This document shows positions 1 through 10,003 of a DNA stretch of 64,000 nucleotides, piece after piece. The position numbers and the translations under genes are program-made. The notes under the pieces are model-generated. The model worked only from the letters and a program-made list of their open reading frames with translations, made no database searches and was not told the DNA's origin. Location of the stretch: assembly GCA_964599215.1 (NCBI GenBank), contig CAZRDV010000001.1, forward strand, positions 55,615 through 119,614, written 5' to 3'. This stretch comes from an uncultured archaeon (lineage in GTDB: Archaea > Aenigmatarchaeota > Aenigmatarchaeia > GW2011-AR5). Position 1 is the stretch's first letter. Every line of letters begins with the position of its first letter.

Positions 1-39
1 GCCTACCTTTCCCAGGATGTTGCTCTTGGCACCAATTTT

Positions 40-864
40 GTGTTCATAGGTATAATGGTAATGATAGCACCATACTCTATTTACAAGTTCTTTGAATTCA
101 GGCGTCTGAAGAGGTATGAGGACGGTTTTCCGGCATTTCTGAGAGATGTTGCCGAGTCCCAGAGGGCTGGTTTGTCGATTATACAGGCAATACGGGTTGC
201 CTCAAAAAATGATTACGGGTTGCTCAGCATCGAAATAAAGAGGATGAACGCAAAGCTAAGCTGGAACGTACCGCTTGAAAAGGTATTGAATGATTTTAGC
301 AGGAAGGTAAGAAAAAACAAGACAATGGTAAGATCAATAATGATAATGCAGGAGGCAAACAAATCAGGCGGTAACATAGAAGAAACCATGGAATCACTTG
401 CAAATAACATAGACATGATAAGAGAGGTCCAGGACGAGAAGGGCATGCTGATGCACCAGCAGGTTATGATGATGTATGCAATCTTCTTCATATTCCTTGG
501 TATAAGCATAGCACTGATTAAATTTCTGATACCAATGCTACAGACCCAGGCATTTGATATGGGGGCTGTGCAGGGTTTCAGTTCAAACCCATGTTCTGTA
601 TGCATGGATGGGGGTGAGGGATGCGCTCCGTGTGAACTGTTCTTTGGAGTGTCTTCATCTTTTGGTTTTGGTGGTAAAGAAGACCCGAGCGGGTATTACA
701 AAGCCCTGTTCTTTCTCATGATAATAATTCAGGGTTTCTTTTCCGGTTTAATCGCCGGCCAGGTAGGGTCTGATTCTATTATTGCTGGCTTAAGGCATTC
801 TATGATTATGCTGCTGTTGGGTATTTTTGCCTTTATTTTGGTAATAAAACTAGGGTTCATATAG
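40..864 (+). CDS. TadC/FlaJ-like type II/IV secretion system F-domain membrane protein; may be 5'-partial at the window edge
   Basis: Polytopic membrane protein with a single cytoplasmic T2SSF-like domain. It is followed on the same strand by two class-III-signal genes. Its architecture resembles 34127..35110 and 35100..35981. Confidence 0.55.
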   Translation: MFIGIMVMIAPYSIYKFFEFRRLKRYEDGFPAFLRDVAESQRAGLSIIQAIRVASKNDYGLLSIEIKRMNAKLSWNVPLEKVLNDFSRKVRKNKTMVRSIMIMQEANKSGGNIEETMESLANNIDMIREVQDEKGMLMHQQVMMMYAIFFIFLGISIALIKFLIPMLQTQAFDMGAVQGFSSNPCSVCMDGGEGCAPCELFFGVSSSFGFGGKEDPSGYYKALFFLMIIIQGFFSGLIAGQVGSDSIIAGLRHSMIMLLLGIFAFILVIKLGFI

Positions 865-868
865 CTCT

Positions 869-1315
869 TTGGTGGTTTGGATGAAGGGCATAATCAATAT
901 AGAATTTGTTATCTCTCTGTTGGTTTTCATAAGCACAGTATCTTTCGTATCAATGATGGTAATAAACAGTTTTCCGGCTTTGCGTTATGAAGCTCTTAGC
1001 AATGATATGAAATCAAAGGCCTACCAGCTTTCAAATGTTATACTTGCTAATTTCTCAGGCCAAGAAACATATGCCCTTGACATGAACAGGATAAACGAAA
1101 TGAAGAACAATTACTGCTACGGTCCTGATGCTTATGAAGCTTTTAGAAACCTATTTTCAGAAAATTTGATACTTGAGATTGAACAGCTTGACGGCACCAC
1201 GCTGATTTCATGTAAGCCTCCTGTAGAAACTCGTTTAAAACCAGAATTTACACTGAAAAGATTTGCTACCGTTAACAATGAAATAATTATCATGAGCATT
1301 GGAATTATAAGGTAA
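869..1315 (+). CDS. Pilin-like protein with class III (type IV prepilin) signal peptide
   Basis: N-terminus MVVWMKG|IINIEFVISLLVF has a basic residue, Gly, a hydrophobic helix and Glu at +5. Starts 5 nt after the T2SSF gene. Confidence 0.5.
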   Translation: MVVWMKGIINIEFVISLLVFISTVSFVSMMVINSFPALRYEALSNDMKSKAYQLSNVILANFSGQETYALDMNRINEMKNNYCYGPDAYEAFRNLFSENLILEIEQLDGTTLISCKPPVETRLKPEFTLKRFATVNNEIIIMSIGIIR

Positions 1316-1317
1316 TA

Positions 1318-2343
1318 TTGATGAAGGGTTTTGTAAGAATATTAGAGGCTGTGATAGCTTCGTTTGTTATACTGATATCTCTGAGCTATTTTATTACAGC
1401 GCCATCAGGTTATGACTATTGGGACGAAACGTTGTTAAGAATCCAGGCCCAGGATGCATTAGCAAGCCTTTACAAGAGTGGTTCATTGGAAAATTATATA
1501 ATAAATAATGATATAGATGGGATTAACAACACGCTGACTGCGATGCTGCCGGGAACTGCTGATTTTTCTGTAGAGATAAAAGGCATGCCAGGCACGATAA
1601 TTTATATAGGCTGTAACTGCAGCGATGCTGAGCTAGCTAATTTAGAAAATATGCTAGGTAAAACCGGGGGTGAAATACGCCTTACATATAATGGACGGCA
1701 AATCGAGATACGGGTGAGTAAGTCTTCTATAGATAATATTGACCCAAGAACCAATATATATTTTATGTTTGATTACACAGACCTGAATCCTTACAAGGAT
1801 AAAATGAACGGTTTTCTCCAGGCCGGCGGAACACTATTCATGCTAGCTGATTTAGATGAAAGTAAGGTTGAAGACGGTATCCTAGATGAGACGTTTGGAC
1901 TGGAATGGACAGACATAACTGCCTCAACAAGTGGAAAATTCTATAACTACGGGGATGTAGAAAAGAGGTCCCACTGGATTAGAAACTATTTCTTAGGCCT
2001 GTCTGGAAATGAGAGCGAAATAGAATTTGACAATGGCAGAGGCGTAGTCAATGATGATAGGACAGTGATAATCGATGATACATATCAGGTATCCAAGGTA
2101 AAGATCAATGAACTTAATTGTGGCAGGACGGTCTGGTTTGCTGGTTATGACGGATCAGGTGATATGAACGATCTGCTGAAGGCCCTTATTCTATGGTCAG
2201 CTGATAACGGGTATAGGATGGATCCTGGCTATAAAACCGCAATGATAGATAAACTGAAGAACAGTGATATTCCTTACACAGAGGCAAGTTATTTATTACC
2301 GAACTACGAAGTGAGATTAAGGGTGTGGGGAATTTTCTACTAA
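1318..2343 (+). CDS. Secreted pilin-like protein with class III signal peptide
   Basis: N-terminus MMKG|FVRILEAVIASFVILISL, followed by a soluble domain. Starts 3 nt after the upstream pilin gene. Confidence 0.5.
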   Translation: MMKGFVRILEAVIASFVILISLSYFITAPSGYDYWDETLLRIQAQDALASLYKSGSLENYIINNDIDGINNTLTAMLPGTADFSVEIKGMPGTIIYIGCNCSDAELANLENMLGKTGGEIRLTYNGRQIEIRVSKSSIDNIDPRTNIYFMFDYTDLNPYKDKMNGFLQAGGTLFMLADLDESKVEDGILDETFGLEWTDITASTSGKFYNYGDVEKRSHWIRNYFLGLSGNESEIEFDNGRGVVNDDRTVIIDDTYQVSKVKINELNCGRTVWFAGYDGSGDMNDLLKALILWSADNGYRMDPGYKTAMIDKLKNSDIPYTEASYLLPNYEVRLRVWGIFY

Positions 2344-2391
2344 CTGCTTAGATGATTAAAAGCCTTATAAGTTTTTAATCTGATTATCATT

Positions 2392-4980
2392 ATGGGTTTT
2401 AAGCTGGCTGCTGCCTTTTTTATTGTACTATTTCTGATAATGTTCATCCCGAGTGTATACGGTGATCTTCTCTGGTTTTCTTCTATAAATTATCAGTCCG
2501 TATTCTGGACAGTATTCACGACCAATGTCTATCTTTTTCTGGCAGGCACGGTAATCTTCTTCCTGTTCCTGTTTATTAACCTGAAACTGGTGAAACGGTT
2601 TTCGAAGAAGAATATATCCTCTTCTATAGTTTTGATAGTTATATTCTTTTCATTGCTACTGGGTATTGTTTTCAGCTCTGGCTGGGAAACTGCACTGAAA
2701 TTCTTCAACTCTGCGCCGTTCGGAACAACTGACCCGGTTTTTGGCAATGACCTGTCTTTCTATGCATTCGACCTGCCGTTTTACTATTATATTCTTTCAT
2801 ATTGTTTCATCCTTGTTATCTTCACAATTGCAATAACAACAATAATCTATATGGCCTATTTCAAGGTGTTTTCTGTCGAGAAGAACCAGAAAAATGTAAA
2901 AACAATGGGTCTGAAAACGAACTTCAAAAAATTCAAGTCAGCAAAAACCCATATCTCGGTGCTTCTTGCAATCCTGTTTTTCCTATTAGGAATATTTCTG
3001 TTCTTAAGCAGGTATGAGGTACTTTTTTCAACAAGAGGCGCGGTTTTTGGTGCTGGTTATACTGACCTGAATATACAACTGCCGTTCTTGCTGATATCAT
3101 CAATTGCCTCCTTTGTTGTTGGCTTTACACTACTTATATCAAGGAAGAAGCTACCGTTGATTGCTGTCTCAATATTGCTAGTTATTTTGTTTATTGGTTC
3201 TATTGCTGGTCTTGCTGTTCAGAAGCTTATTGTAGAGCCTGATGAGTTTACTGTAGAAAGGGAATACATATCAAGAAACATAGAGAATACAATAGAGGCC
3301 TATAACCTTGGTTTTGATGAGAAACAGTTCCCTGCTACCTATGACCTGACAAAAGATGATATAGATGATAACAGCGCCACCATCGACAATATAAGGCTCT
3401 GGGACTTCAGGCCATTGGTGAGAACATATAACCAGTTACAGATATTCAGGACATACTATGATTTTAATGATGTTGATGTTGACAGATATTACTTTGATTC
3501 GAATTATAAACAGGTTATGCTTTCTTCAAGGGAGCTTGACCAAGACAGTCTTGCAGATAAAGCCAAGACCTGGGTCAATGAGCACCTGGTTTATACACAT
3601 GGTTATGGATTGGCAATGAGTCCTGTTGACCGGGTAAGCGAGGGTGGGCTGCCGGAATTTTATGTCAAGGACATACCGCCTGTTGGCATGCAGATAGAAA
3701 GGCCTGAGATATATTACGGTGAAAAAACCGATGACTTTGTAGTTGTTAACACGAAGACAGAGGAGTTTGATTATCCAACAGGTGAAGAGAATGTATATAC
3801 AATATACGAGGGAGATGGCGGGATAGAGCTTAGTGCTCTGAGGAGATTGGCGTATGCAATGAAATTCGGGTCCGTAGAATTGCTGTTATCAGGATCCATA
3901 ACCGACCAGAGCAGGATAATGTTATACAGAAATATAGAAGAAAGGGTAAGCAGGATTGCTCCGTTCCTTAGTTATGACAATGACCCTTACATAGTCATAA
4001 GTGATGGAAAGATGTACTGGATTTATGATGCATACTCTACAACTGACAGGTATCCTTATTCTGAACCGATCGGGGGTTTCAATTACGTAAGAAACTCTGT
4101 TAAGATAGTGATAGACCCTTACAACGGTAAGCTTACATATTATATAATAGATGAAGAGCCCATTATCAATACATATAAAAATATATTTCCTGACCTCTTC
4201 AAAGACTTCTCTGAGATGCCGGATGATCTTAAAAAACACATAAGGTATCCTGAAGATCTCTTCAGCATCCAGGCCAGTCTTTATTCAACTTACCATATGA
4301 GGGACCCGAGGGTATTCTACAACAAAGAGGACCAGTGGATAATACCAGAAGAGATATACAGGAGCAGGAAGCAACAGATGGTGCCTTATTATGTGATAAT
4401 GAAACTGCCAGAAGAGGAAAAAGAGGAGTTCATCTTAATGATACCGTTTGTTCCTAGGGGTAAGGACAACATGATAGGATGGATGGCTGCAAGATGCGAT
4501 GATAGCTATGGAAATGTGATTGTGTACCTGTTCAGCAAACAGGAGCTTATCTACGGTCCTTTGCAGATTGAGGCACGTATCGACCAAGATACTGACATAT
4601 CACAGCTCATAACCCTATGGGACCAGGCAGGGTCTGAGGTTATAAGAGGCAATTTGTTGGTGATACCTATAGAGAATTCATTGTTGTACGTGGAGACGCT
4701 GTACCTGCAATCAAGCGAGACAGCAATACCAGAGCTGAAGAGGGTTATCGTGGCTTATGGTGATTCGTTAACAATGCAGGAAAGCCTGGAAGAGGCCCTG
4801 AACACAATATTCGGGGAGAGTGAGGCAGGACAAGAAAAAACAAAGGAAGAGCTAATCAGCCAGGCAATGGAACATTACAATAGCGCATTGGCGTACTTAA
4901 AAGATGGTGATTTCGCAAAATACGGCGAGGAAATAGAAAACCTTGGGTCATTGTTAGAAGCCCTTCAGGACACCGTCTAA
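2392..4980 (+). CDS. Large membrane protein, UPF0182/COG1615-like (about 7 N-terminal TM helices plus a large soluble domain)
   Basis: 862-aa ORF with multiple N-terminal hydrophobic helices and a long C-terminal soluble region. Family assignment is by architecture only. Confidence 0.45.
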   Translation: MGFKLAAAFFIVLFLIMFIPSVYGDLLWFSSINYQSVFWTVFTTNVYLFLAGTVIFFLFLFINLKLVKRFSKKNISSSIVLIVIFFSLLLGIVFSSGWETALKFFNSAPFGTTDPVFGNDLSFYAFDLPFYYYILSYCFILVIFTIAITTIIYMAYFKVFSVEKNQKNVKTMGLKTNFKKFKSAKTHISVLLAILFFLLGIFLFLSRYEVLFSTRGAVFGAGYTDLNIQLPFLLISSIASFVVGFTLLISRKKLPLIAVSILLVILFIGSIAGLAVQKLIVEPDEFTVEREYISRNIENTIEAYNLGFDEKQFPATYDLTKDDIDDNSATIDNIRLWDFRPLVRTYNQLQIFRTYYDFNDVDVDRYYFDSNYKQVMLSSRELDQDSLADKAKTWVNEHLVYTHGYGLAMSPVDRVSEGGLPEFYVKDIPPVGMQIERPEIYYGEKTDDFVVVNTKTEEFDYPTGEENVYTIYEGDGGIELSALRRLAYAMKFGSVELLLSGSITDQSRIMLYRNIEERVSRIAPFLSYDNDPYIVISDGKMYWIYDAYSTTDRYPYSEPIGGFNYVRNSVKIVIDPYNGKLTYYIIDEEPIINTYKNIFPDLFKDFSEMPDDLKKHIRYPEDLFSIQASLYSTYHMRDPRVFYNKEDQWIIPEEIYRSRKQQMVPYYVIMKLPEEEKEEFILMIPFVPRGKDNMIGWMAARCDDSYGNVIVYLFSKQELIYGPLQIEARIDQDTDISQLITLWDQAGSEVIRGNLLVIPIENSLLYVETLYLQSSETAIPELKRVIVAYGDSLTMQESLEEALNTIFGESEAGQEKTKEELISQAMEHYNSALAYLKDGDFAKYGEEIENLGSLLEALQDTV

Positions 4981-5013
4981 GTATTTTTTAAACATTTCTT
5001 CAATATTATTAAC

Positions 5014-5628
5014 ATGTTCTGTATAAAGTGCGGTAAAAAAGCAGAGATAGGAAATTTTTGCAGCAGCTGTTTTCTTGGCAAGGAGAGCTTATTTGAAATA
5101 AAAGACTTTTTACTGTATGTCTGTGACTGCGGTTCTTATTATGATAAGGTGTGGAGAAAAGCAGATAACGACATTATAAAAGAACAGATAGGAAAAAGGA
5201 TAAAGACAAAATACAGACTCGTAAAGAAGGAGATTGCTCTAAAGAGCTATGGAAACAGGGTAGCTGCTACTATAGTCTGCTATGGAATCGTGCATGCCCA
5301 TAAAAAGAAAGAGGAAAGAAAAATAACAATAACCATCAAGAAAAGAAAATGCGACACCTGTGTAAAATTATTAGGCAGGTACTATGAGGCTGTCCTGCAG
5401 ATAAGAGGCGAATACAACAAGATTTTTAATAAGATTAAAAGCCGGCTGCCGAAAACAGCCAGAACAGAAAAAACAAAGCATGGCTATGATATCCGTTTTC
5501 TTAAGAAATCAGAAGCTGCCAAGATAGCAAAGGCATTAAAGGTTAGATATGAAGTAAAGAGTTCCTTCAAGTTTGTTGCTACAAAGAAGGGCAAGAAATT
5601 ATACAGGAACTACTATTCTGTAAGATGA
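5014..5628 (+). CDS. NMD3-like zinc-ribbon protein (ribosomal export/biogenesis factor family)
   Basis: N-terminal Cys clusters CIKCGK..CSSCF..CDCGSY followed by a basic C-terminal region. Confidence 0.5.
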   Translation: MFCIKCGKKAEIGNFCSSCFLGKESLFEIKDFLLYVCDCGSYYDKVWRKADNDIIKEQIGKRIKTKYRLVKKEIALKSYGNRVAATIVCYGIVHAHKKKEERKITITIKKRKCDTCVKLLGRYYEAVLQIRGEYNKIFNKIKSRLPKTARTEKTKHGYDIRFLKKSEAAKIAKALKVRYEVKSSFKFVATKKGKKLYRNYYSVR

Positions 5629-5680
5629 AGCTACTGTTGTATATAAATAATTATTATAAAATAATAATTGAGTTGGTAAC

Positions 5681-5962
5681 ATGGAACCGGTTGGCAGGGT
5701 CAGAATACCGAAAAAGGGCGAGATTCTGGGTATTATTGAGAGTACCCTAGGTGCGAGCAGGCTTAGGGTAAGATGCAATGACGGTAAAATGAGGATATGC
5801 AGGATACCGGGAAAGCTGAGAAAAAGGGTATGGATGCGTATTGGTGATGTTGTAATTGTTAAGCCCTGGGAGATACAAAATGATAATGGCGATGCAATAT
5901 GGAGATACACTGCTGCTGAAGCTGGATGGCTTAGAAGAAAGGGCATACTAAAAAGTTTCTAA
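5681..5962 (+). CDS. eif1a: Translation initiation factor aIF-1A
   Basis: OB-fold eIF1A signature [51 protein letters not shown]-like tatataaata lies about 35 nt upstream. Confidence 0.85.
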   Translation: MEPVGRVRIPKKGEILGIIESTLGASRLRVRCNDGKMRICRIPGKLRKRVWMRIGDVVIVKPWEIQNDNGDAIWRYTAAEAGWLRRKGILKSF

Positions 5963-5970
5963 ATGTTGTT

Positions 5971-6459
5971 ATGATTGACAGAATCCGAATTCCGAAAAAA
6001 AGAATTTCCGTGCTTGTTGAAAATAAGGGAATGGTTGAAGAGGCTACAAAAACCAAAATAAAATTAAACGATGAAATAACAGTAGCTGGTGGGCCTTTAG
6101 AGATAATGGACGCAAAAAACATGATAAAGGCCATTGGCCGCGGGTTTACAGTAGATACTGCTTTAGAACTGACAGACGAAAAAAATAATTTATGTATAAT
6201 ACCTTTACCAGATGATAGAAAAAAATTAAAGAGGGTTAGAGCAAGAATAATTGGCACAGGGGGTAGGAGCAAGAAAAAGATAGAAAAACTGACTTTTACA
6301 AAAATTGCTGTTTATGGGAAAACTGTCAGTATAATCGGAAAGTATGAAAATGTTGATATCACAAGAGAGGCCATAGAGAAGCTTATAAGAGGTTCTCCGC
6401 ACTCCACGGTGTATAGATTTATTGAAAGGTTATCAAAAAAGTTGAGTGATGTTGTATGA
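5971..6459 (+). CDS. KH-domain RNA-binding protein (Dim2/Pno1-like)
   Basis: Two KH-like segments with GxxG motifs (IIGTGGRSKKKIEKL). Position between eif1a and top6B is typical of archaea. Confidence 0.65.
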   Translation: MIDRIRIPKKRISVLVENKGMVEEATKTKIKLNDEITVAGGPLEIMDAKNMIKAIGRGFTVDTALELTDEKNNLCIIPLPDDRKKLKRVRARIIGTGGRSKKKIEKLTFTKIAVYGKTVSIIGKYENVDITREAIEKLIRGSPHSTVYRFIERLSKKLSDVV

Positions 6460-8009
6460 AGACTGCTGCTGAGCTTGCAAAAGAGCAGAAAGAGATAAGT
6501 ATAAGCGAATTCTTCGAGAAGAACAAGCATCTGCTTGGTTTTGATAATCCAACAAAGGCACTGATGATGACGGTAAAGGAGGGTGTTGACAATTCCCTGG
6601 ATGCAGCAGAAGAGGCGGGTATACTGCCTGATGTTAATGTCAGGATAAAAAATATATCCGATGATAAATTCCAGATTGTAATACAGGACAACGGCCCTGG
6701 TATCGTAAAGGAACAGGTACCAAGGGTATTTGGCAAGCTGCTTTACGGATCCAAGTTCCACAGGCTTAAACAGAACAGGGGCCAGCAGGGGCTTGGTATA
6801 AGCTGCTCTGTTTTATATTCACAGCTAACAACAGGTTCTCCAACCAAGGTCTGGTCAAAAATTGATAACAAAAACAAAACGCATTACTATGAACTCAACA
6901 TAAACACAATCAAGAACGAGCCGGAGATATTGAAAGAGGAAGATATAAACGACGGCTTGAAAGAGCATGGAATAAAAATAGAGATGAGAACCATAGGCAG
7001 GTATAGAAAAACCATTGAAGATTACCTAAAACAGACGTCGATAGCGAATCCGTTTGCAAAGATAGTTTACAACGCGCCGGATGGTACCAGAATTACGTTT
7101 CCCAGGTCTGTTGATGCTCTGCCAAAGCCTGCCAGGGAAATGAGACCCCACCCTTACGGGGTGGAGTTTGGGGTTTTGCTTAGAATGCTAAGCAAAACCA
7201 AGAGCAAGAATCTGGCTTCGTTTCTGTCAAATGAATTCTCTTCGCTTGGTGCCCACTCATCTAATCTGATATGTAAAACAGCCAGACTGGACAGAAACCT
7301 GAAACCTGCAAAACTTACAAGAGATGAGATTGAAAAACTGCTTAATGCAATGCAGAAGGTAAAGATACAGAGGCCACCTTTGGACTGCCTCTCGCCTATA
7401 GGAGACAAGGAACTGGAAAAGAGCCTCAAGAAAGAGTACCCAGAATCTGAATTCATAACCACTGTTCAGAGGGAGCCTGAGGTCTACAGGGGCTTCCCAT
7501 TCATAATAGAGTGCGCAATCGTGTACGGTGCAAAGACCGATAAGATGGATGTTATCCGGTTTGCAAACAGAGTGCCACTGCTGTACCAGGCAGGCGCATG
7601 CGCGATAACCGAGGCTGTCAGAAATGTAGAGTGGAAGCGGTACAACTTACCACAGAGTGGAAATGAGGTTTCAGCGCCGGTTCTGCTTATAGTCCATATG
7701 TGTTCCACATGGGTTCCTTTCATATCAGAGAGCAAAGAGGCAATTGCCAGCTATCCAGAAATAGTAAAGGAGATGAAGCTGGCAATACAGGATGTGGCCC
7801 GTGATGTATCAAGGTTCTTATCTGGTAAACGAAAAGTAGGTGAACAAAAGAGGAGATTGCTTCTCTTTGAAAGGTATGCACATGAAGTCGCTTCCTCTGT
7901 AGCCAAGCTAACAGGCAAGAATGAGAAGGATATAGAAAACCGACTTAAGGATTTAATTTCTAAAAGAATCAGGATAAGTGATAAGGATGAAGAGCAAAGT
8001 GAACAATAA
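6456..8009 (+). CDS. top6B: DNA topoisomerase VI subunit B
   Basis: Bergerat ATPase fold motifs (EGVDNSLDA, GLGISC). 517 aa, directly upstream of and overlapping top6A. Confidence 0.9.
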   Translation: MKTAAELAKEQKEISISEFFEKNKHLLGFDNPTKALMMTVKEGVDNSLDAAEEAGILPDVNVRIKNISDDKFQIVIQDNGPGIVKEQVPRVFGKLLYGSKFHRLKQNRGQQGLGISCSVLYSQLTTGSPTKVWSKIDNKNKTHYYELNINTIKNEPEILKEEDINDGLKEHGIKIEMRTIGRYRKTIEDYLKQTSIANPFAKIVYNAPDGTRITFPRSVDALPKPAREMRPHPYGVEFGVLLRMLSKTKSKNLASFLSNEFSSLGAHSSNLICKTARLDRNLKPAKLTRDEIEKLLNAMQKVKIQRPPLDCLSPIGDKELEKSLKKEYPESEFITTVQREPEVYRGFPFIIECAIVYGAKTDKMDVIRFANRVPLLYQAGACAITEAVRNVEWKRYNLPQSGNEVSAPVLLIVHMCSTWVPFISESKEAIASYPEIVKEMKLAIQDVARDVSRFLSGKRKVGEQKRRLLLFERYAHEVASSVAKLTGKNEKDIENRLKDLISKRIRISDKDEEQSEQ

Positions 8010-9063
8010 ATTAAAGGGGTTAGGTAGTGAAATAGAAGAGCAGATAGACAAGAAGCTGAACCCGAACATATCAATACCGATAAGGACCCTGTCAAATATA
8101 ATATACGACAAGTCCACAGGCCAGCTTACCCTTGGGGACAAGGTATCAAAAAGGTACTTCTTCAATGTTGCGCATGCAAAGAAATTTATGCAGACGATGA
8201 TGGTTGCATCTTTCTGCAATGATCTCATAGGCCAGAATATCCACGCAAGCATAAGGGACATGTTTTACAACCTTAAGAGGACATTGCCTGAAACAAGCGA
8301 GAATACCTTTGATGTTCAGAGCGAAAGCGATCCGATAATAATTGATCTTGAGGTTGCTCTGGATATCTTCAGGGAACAGCTTCATCTGACAACAGACAGA
8401 AAGGGCATAGTAGCAGGCAACGTCATAATAAAAGACAGGGGCGACAGCATTGACTGGTCTAAGCTTGGCAGCGGGGGCTGGTCAATACCCTCAACAGTAG
8501 AGGAAATAGAATTCAGTAAAGTAAATGCTGATTTCGTTCTTGTGGTTGAGAAAAATGCAGGTTTTGAACGCCTTCATGAAGATAAGTTCTGGCAAAAGCA
8601 TAACTGCATATTGATAGGAACCGGCGGGCAGCCGTCGCGTGGAACCAGGTTATTAATACAAAGGCTGAACAGGGAATATAAATTACCTGTATACGTTTTC
8701 ACGGACAGCGATGCATACGGGTGGTATATCTATTCGGTTATAAAGTCCGGTTCAATGAGTCTTGCCCATATCTCAGACAGGATAGCAACACCATCTGCAA
8801 AATTCATTGGACTAACCATATCAGACATATTCGAGTATGAACTGAAGAAATGTATCATCAAGGCAAGGGAGCTTGATATAAAGAGGGCGAAAGAGCTTTT
8901 GAATTACGAGTGGTTCAAGAGGCCGGAATGGCAGAAAGAGATAAACCTGATGATAAAGAAAGGTATAAAAGCCGAGATAGAGGCACTGTCACACCGTGGC
9001 CTGAAGTTCATGTCAGAAACATACCTGCCTGAAAAACTGAAGAAGAAGGCATTCCTTCCGTAA
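7978..9063 (+). CDS. top6A: DNA topoisomerase VI subunit A (Spo11-like)
   Basis: Toprim and winged-helix Spo11 architecture (FVLVVEKNAGFERL, IGTGGQPSRGTR). Overlaps top6B by 32 nt. Confidence 0.9.
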   Translation: MIRMKSKVNNKLKGLGSEIEEQIDKKLNPNISIPIRTLSNIIYDKSTGQLTLGDKVSKRYFFNVAHAKKFMQTMMVASFCNDLIGQNIHASIRDMFYNLKRTLPETSENTFDVQSESDPIIIDLEVALDIFREQLHLTTDRKGIVAGNVIIKDRGDSIDWSKLGSGGWSIPSTVEEIEFSKVNADFVLVVEKNAGFERLHEDKFWQKHNCILIGTGGQPSRGTRLLIQRLNREYKLPVYVFTDSDAYGWYIYSVIKSGSMSLAHISDRIATPSAKFIGLTISDIFEYELKKCIIKARELDIKRAKELLNYEWFKRPEWQKEINLMIKKGIKAEIEALSHRGLKFMSETYLPEKLKKKAFLP

Positions 9064-9133
9064 CTTTCTCTGATTTAATCTTTTAAATCCTTTATTTTAT
9101 AACTTTAATCGATAAAATAATAAGTATTTTGCT

Positions 9134-9231
9134 GCCTCGGTAGCTCAGTAGGTAGAGCAGTTGGCTGTTAAGTGCCTCAAGGCTCATCCACAGTAACCAA
9201 AAGGTCACAGGTTCGAGTCCTGTCCGAGGCG
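9134..9231 (+). tRNA. tRNA, probably tRNA-Asn(GTT), with an approx. 25-nt intron after position 37
   Basis: Acceptor stem GCCTCGG/CCGAGGC, D arm GCTC..GAGC, T arm ACAGG-TTCGAGT-CCTGT, anticodon loop CTGTTAA, discriminator G. Total 98 nt implies an intron. One mismatch at 27:43. Confidence 0.6.
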
Positions 9232-9241
9232 CTTAACTAAA

Positions 9242-9315
9242 GGGAAGGTAGCTCAGCCTGGGAGAGCACACGGCTGAAGACCGTGCTGTCGTGGGTTCAA
9301 ATCCCACCCTTCCCA
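9242..9315 (+). tRNA. tRNA-Phe(GAA)
   Basis: Cloverleaf GGGAAGG..CCTTCCC, anticodon stem-loop CACGG-CTGAAGA-CCGTG, T arm GTGGG-TTCAAAT-CCCAC, discriminator A. 74 nt, no encoded CCA. Confidence 0.9.
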
Positions 9316-9368
9316 TAATTTCTCAGCAAAACCAATCATTTTTTAAATATAAACGCCGAATAATAAGT

Positions 9369-9956
9369 ATGGCCTTTCAATACAGATATAAGGCATTCAC
9401 AATCAGCAACAAACTGTTAGGGGTTCTAAAAAGGAACAGCAGAGCCACAACCATAGTTTCTATTTTAATTATCCTAATCTTCTCGTTCTATCTGATAACA
9501 AGCAGTGTTACAGGTTATATCACATACACAGAAAACCTTGAAGCAAAGCTCAACGAAACGGAAAAAGACCTAGAAATCACAAAGGCCAGTATGGAAGCTT
9601 GCAGCAATAACCTGGCTGATACCAGAGACGACCTTAATTCATGTAATGCTGGCCTGGGTCAGAGCCAGTCACAGCTTTCAACCTGCGAAATACAAAGAAA
9701 TGATTTGACAGAAGAGAACTCACAGCTTGAATCAGATATGGCAGTGTGTGATTCAGAGAGAGCAGATTACCTAAACATGTATGAAACCCGGTTAGAGGCA
9801 TTTAATAACCTGGTTAGGAATTCTGTGAAAGCCATATGCTGCTCATTTAACGACATTGATTCTGGAACAACAAAAGAATGGGGAATAGCTGATAACAAGA
9901 TCGTCTGTACAGGAGGCTACCAGGTTAACTGCGGTACTGGAGAAACCAACTACTAG
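9369..9956 (+). CDS. Hypothetical membrane-anchored coiled-coil protein with a Cys-rich C-terminus
   Basis: ORF 9291..9956 overlaps tRNA-Phe, so the internal Met at 9369 was chosen. One TM helix, a coiled-coil region and a C-terminal CC..C..C cluster. Confidence 0.45.
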   Translation: MAFQYRYKAFTISNKLLGVLKRNSRATTIVSILIILIFSFYLITSSVTGYITYTENLEAKLNETEKDLEITKASMEACSNNLADTRDDLNSCNAGLGQSQSQLSTCEIQRNDLTEENSQLESDMAVCDSERADYLNMYETRLEAFNNLVRNSVKAICCSFNDIDSGTTKEWGIADNKIVCTGGYQVNCGTGETNY

Positions 9957-10003
9957 TCCTTAATAAAAACTTTAATACCTTATCAGAGAGATATTAGATA
10001 CCA

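Noticed and set aside
9291-9368. N-terminal extension of ORF 9291..9956
   Set aside because: It overlaps tRNA-Phe (9242..9315) on the same strand, so the internal Met at 9369 was used.
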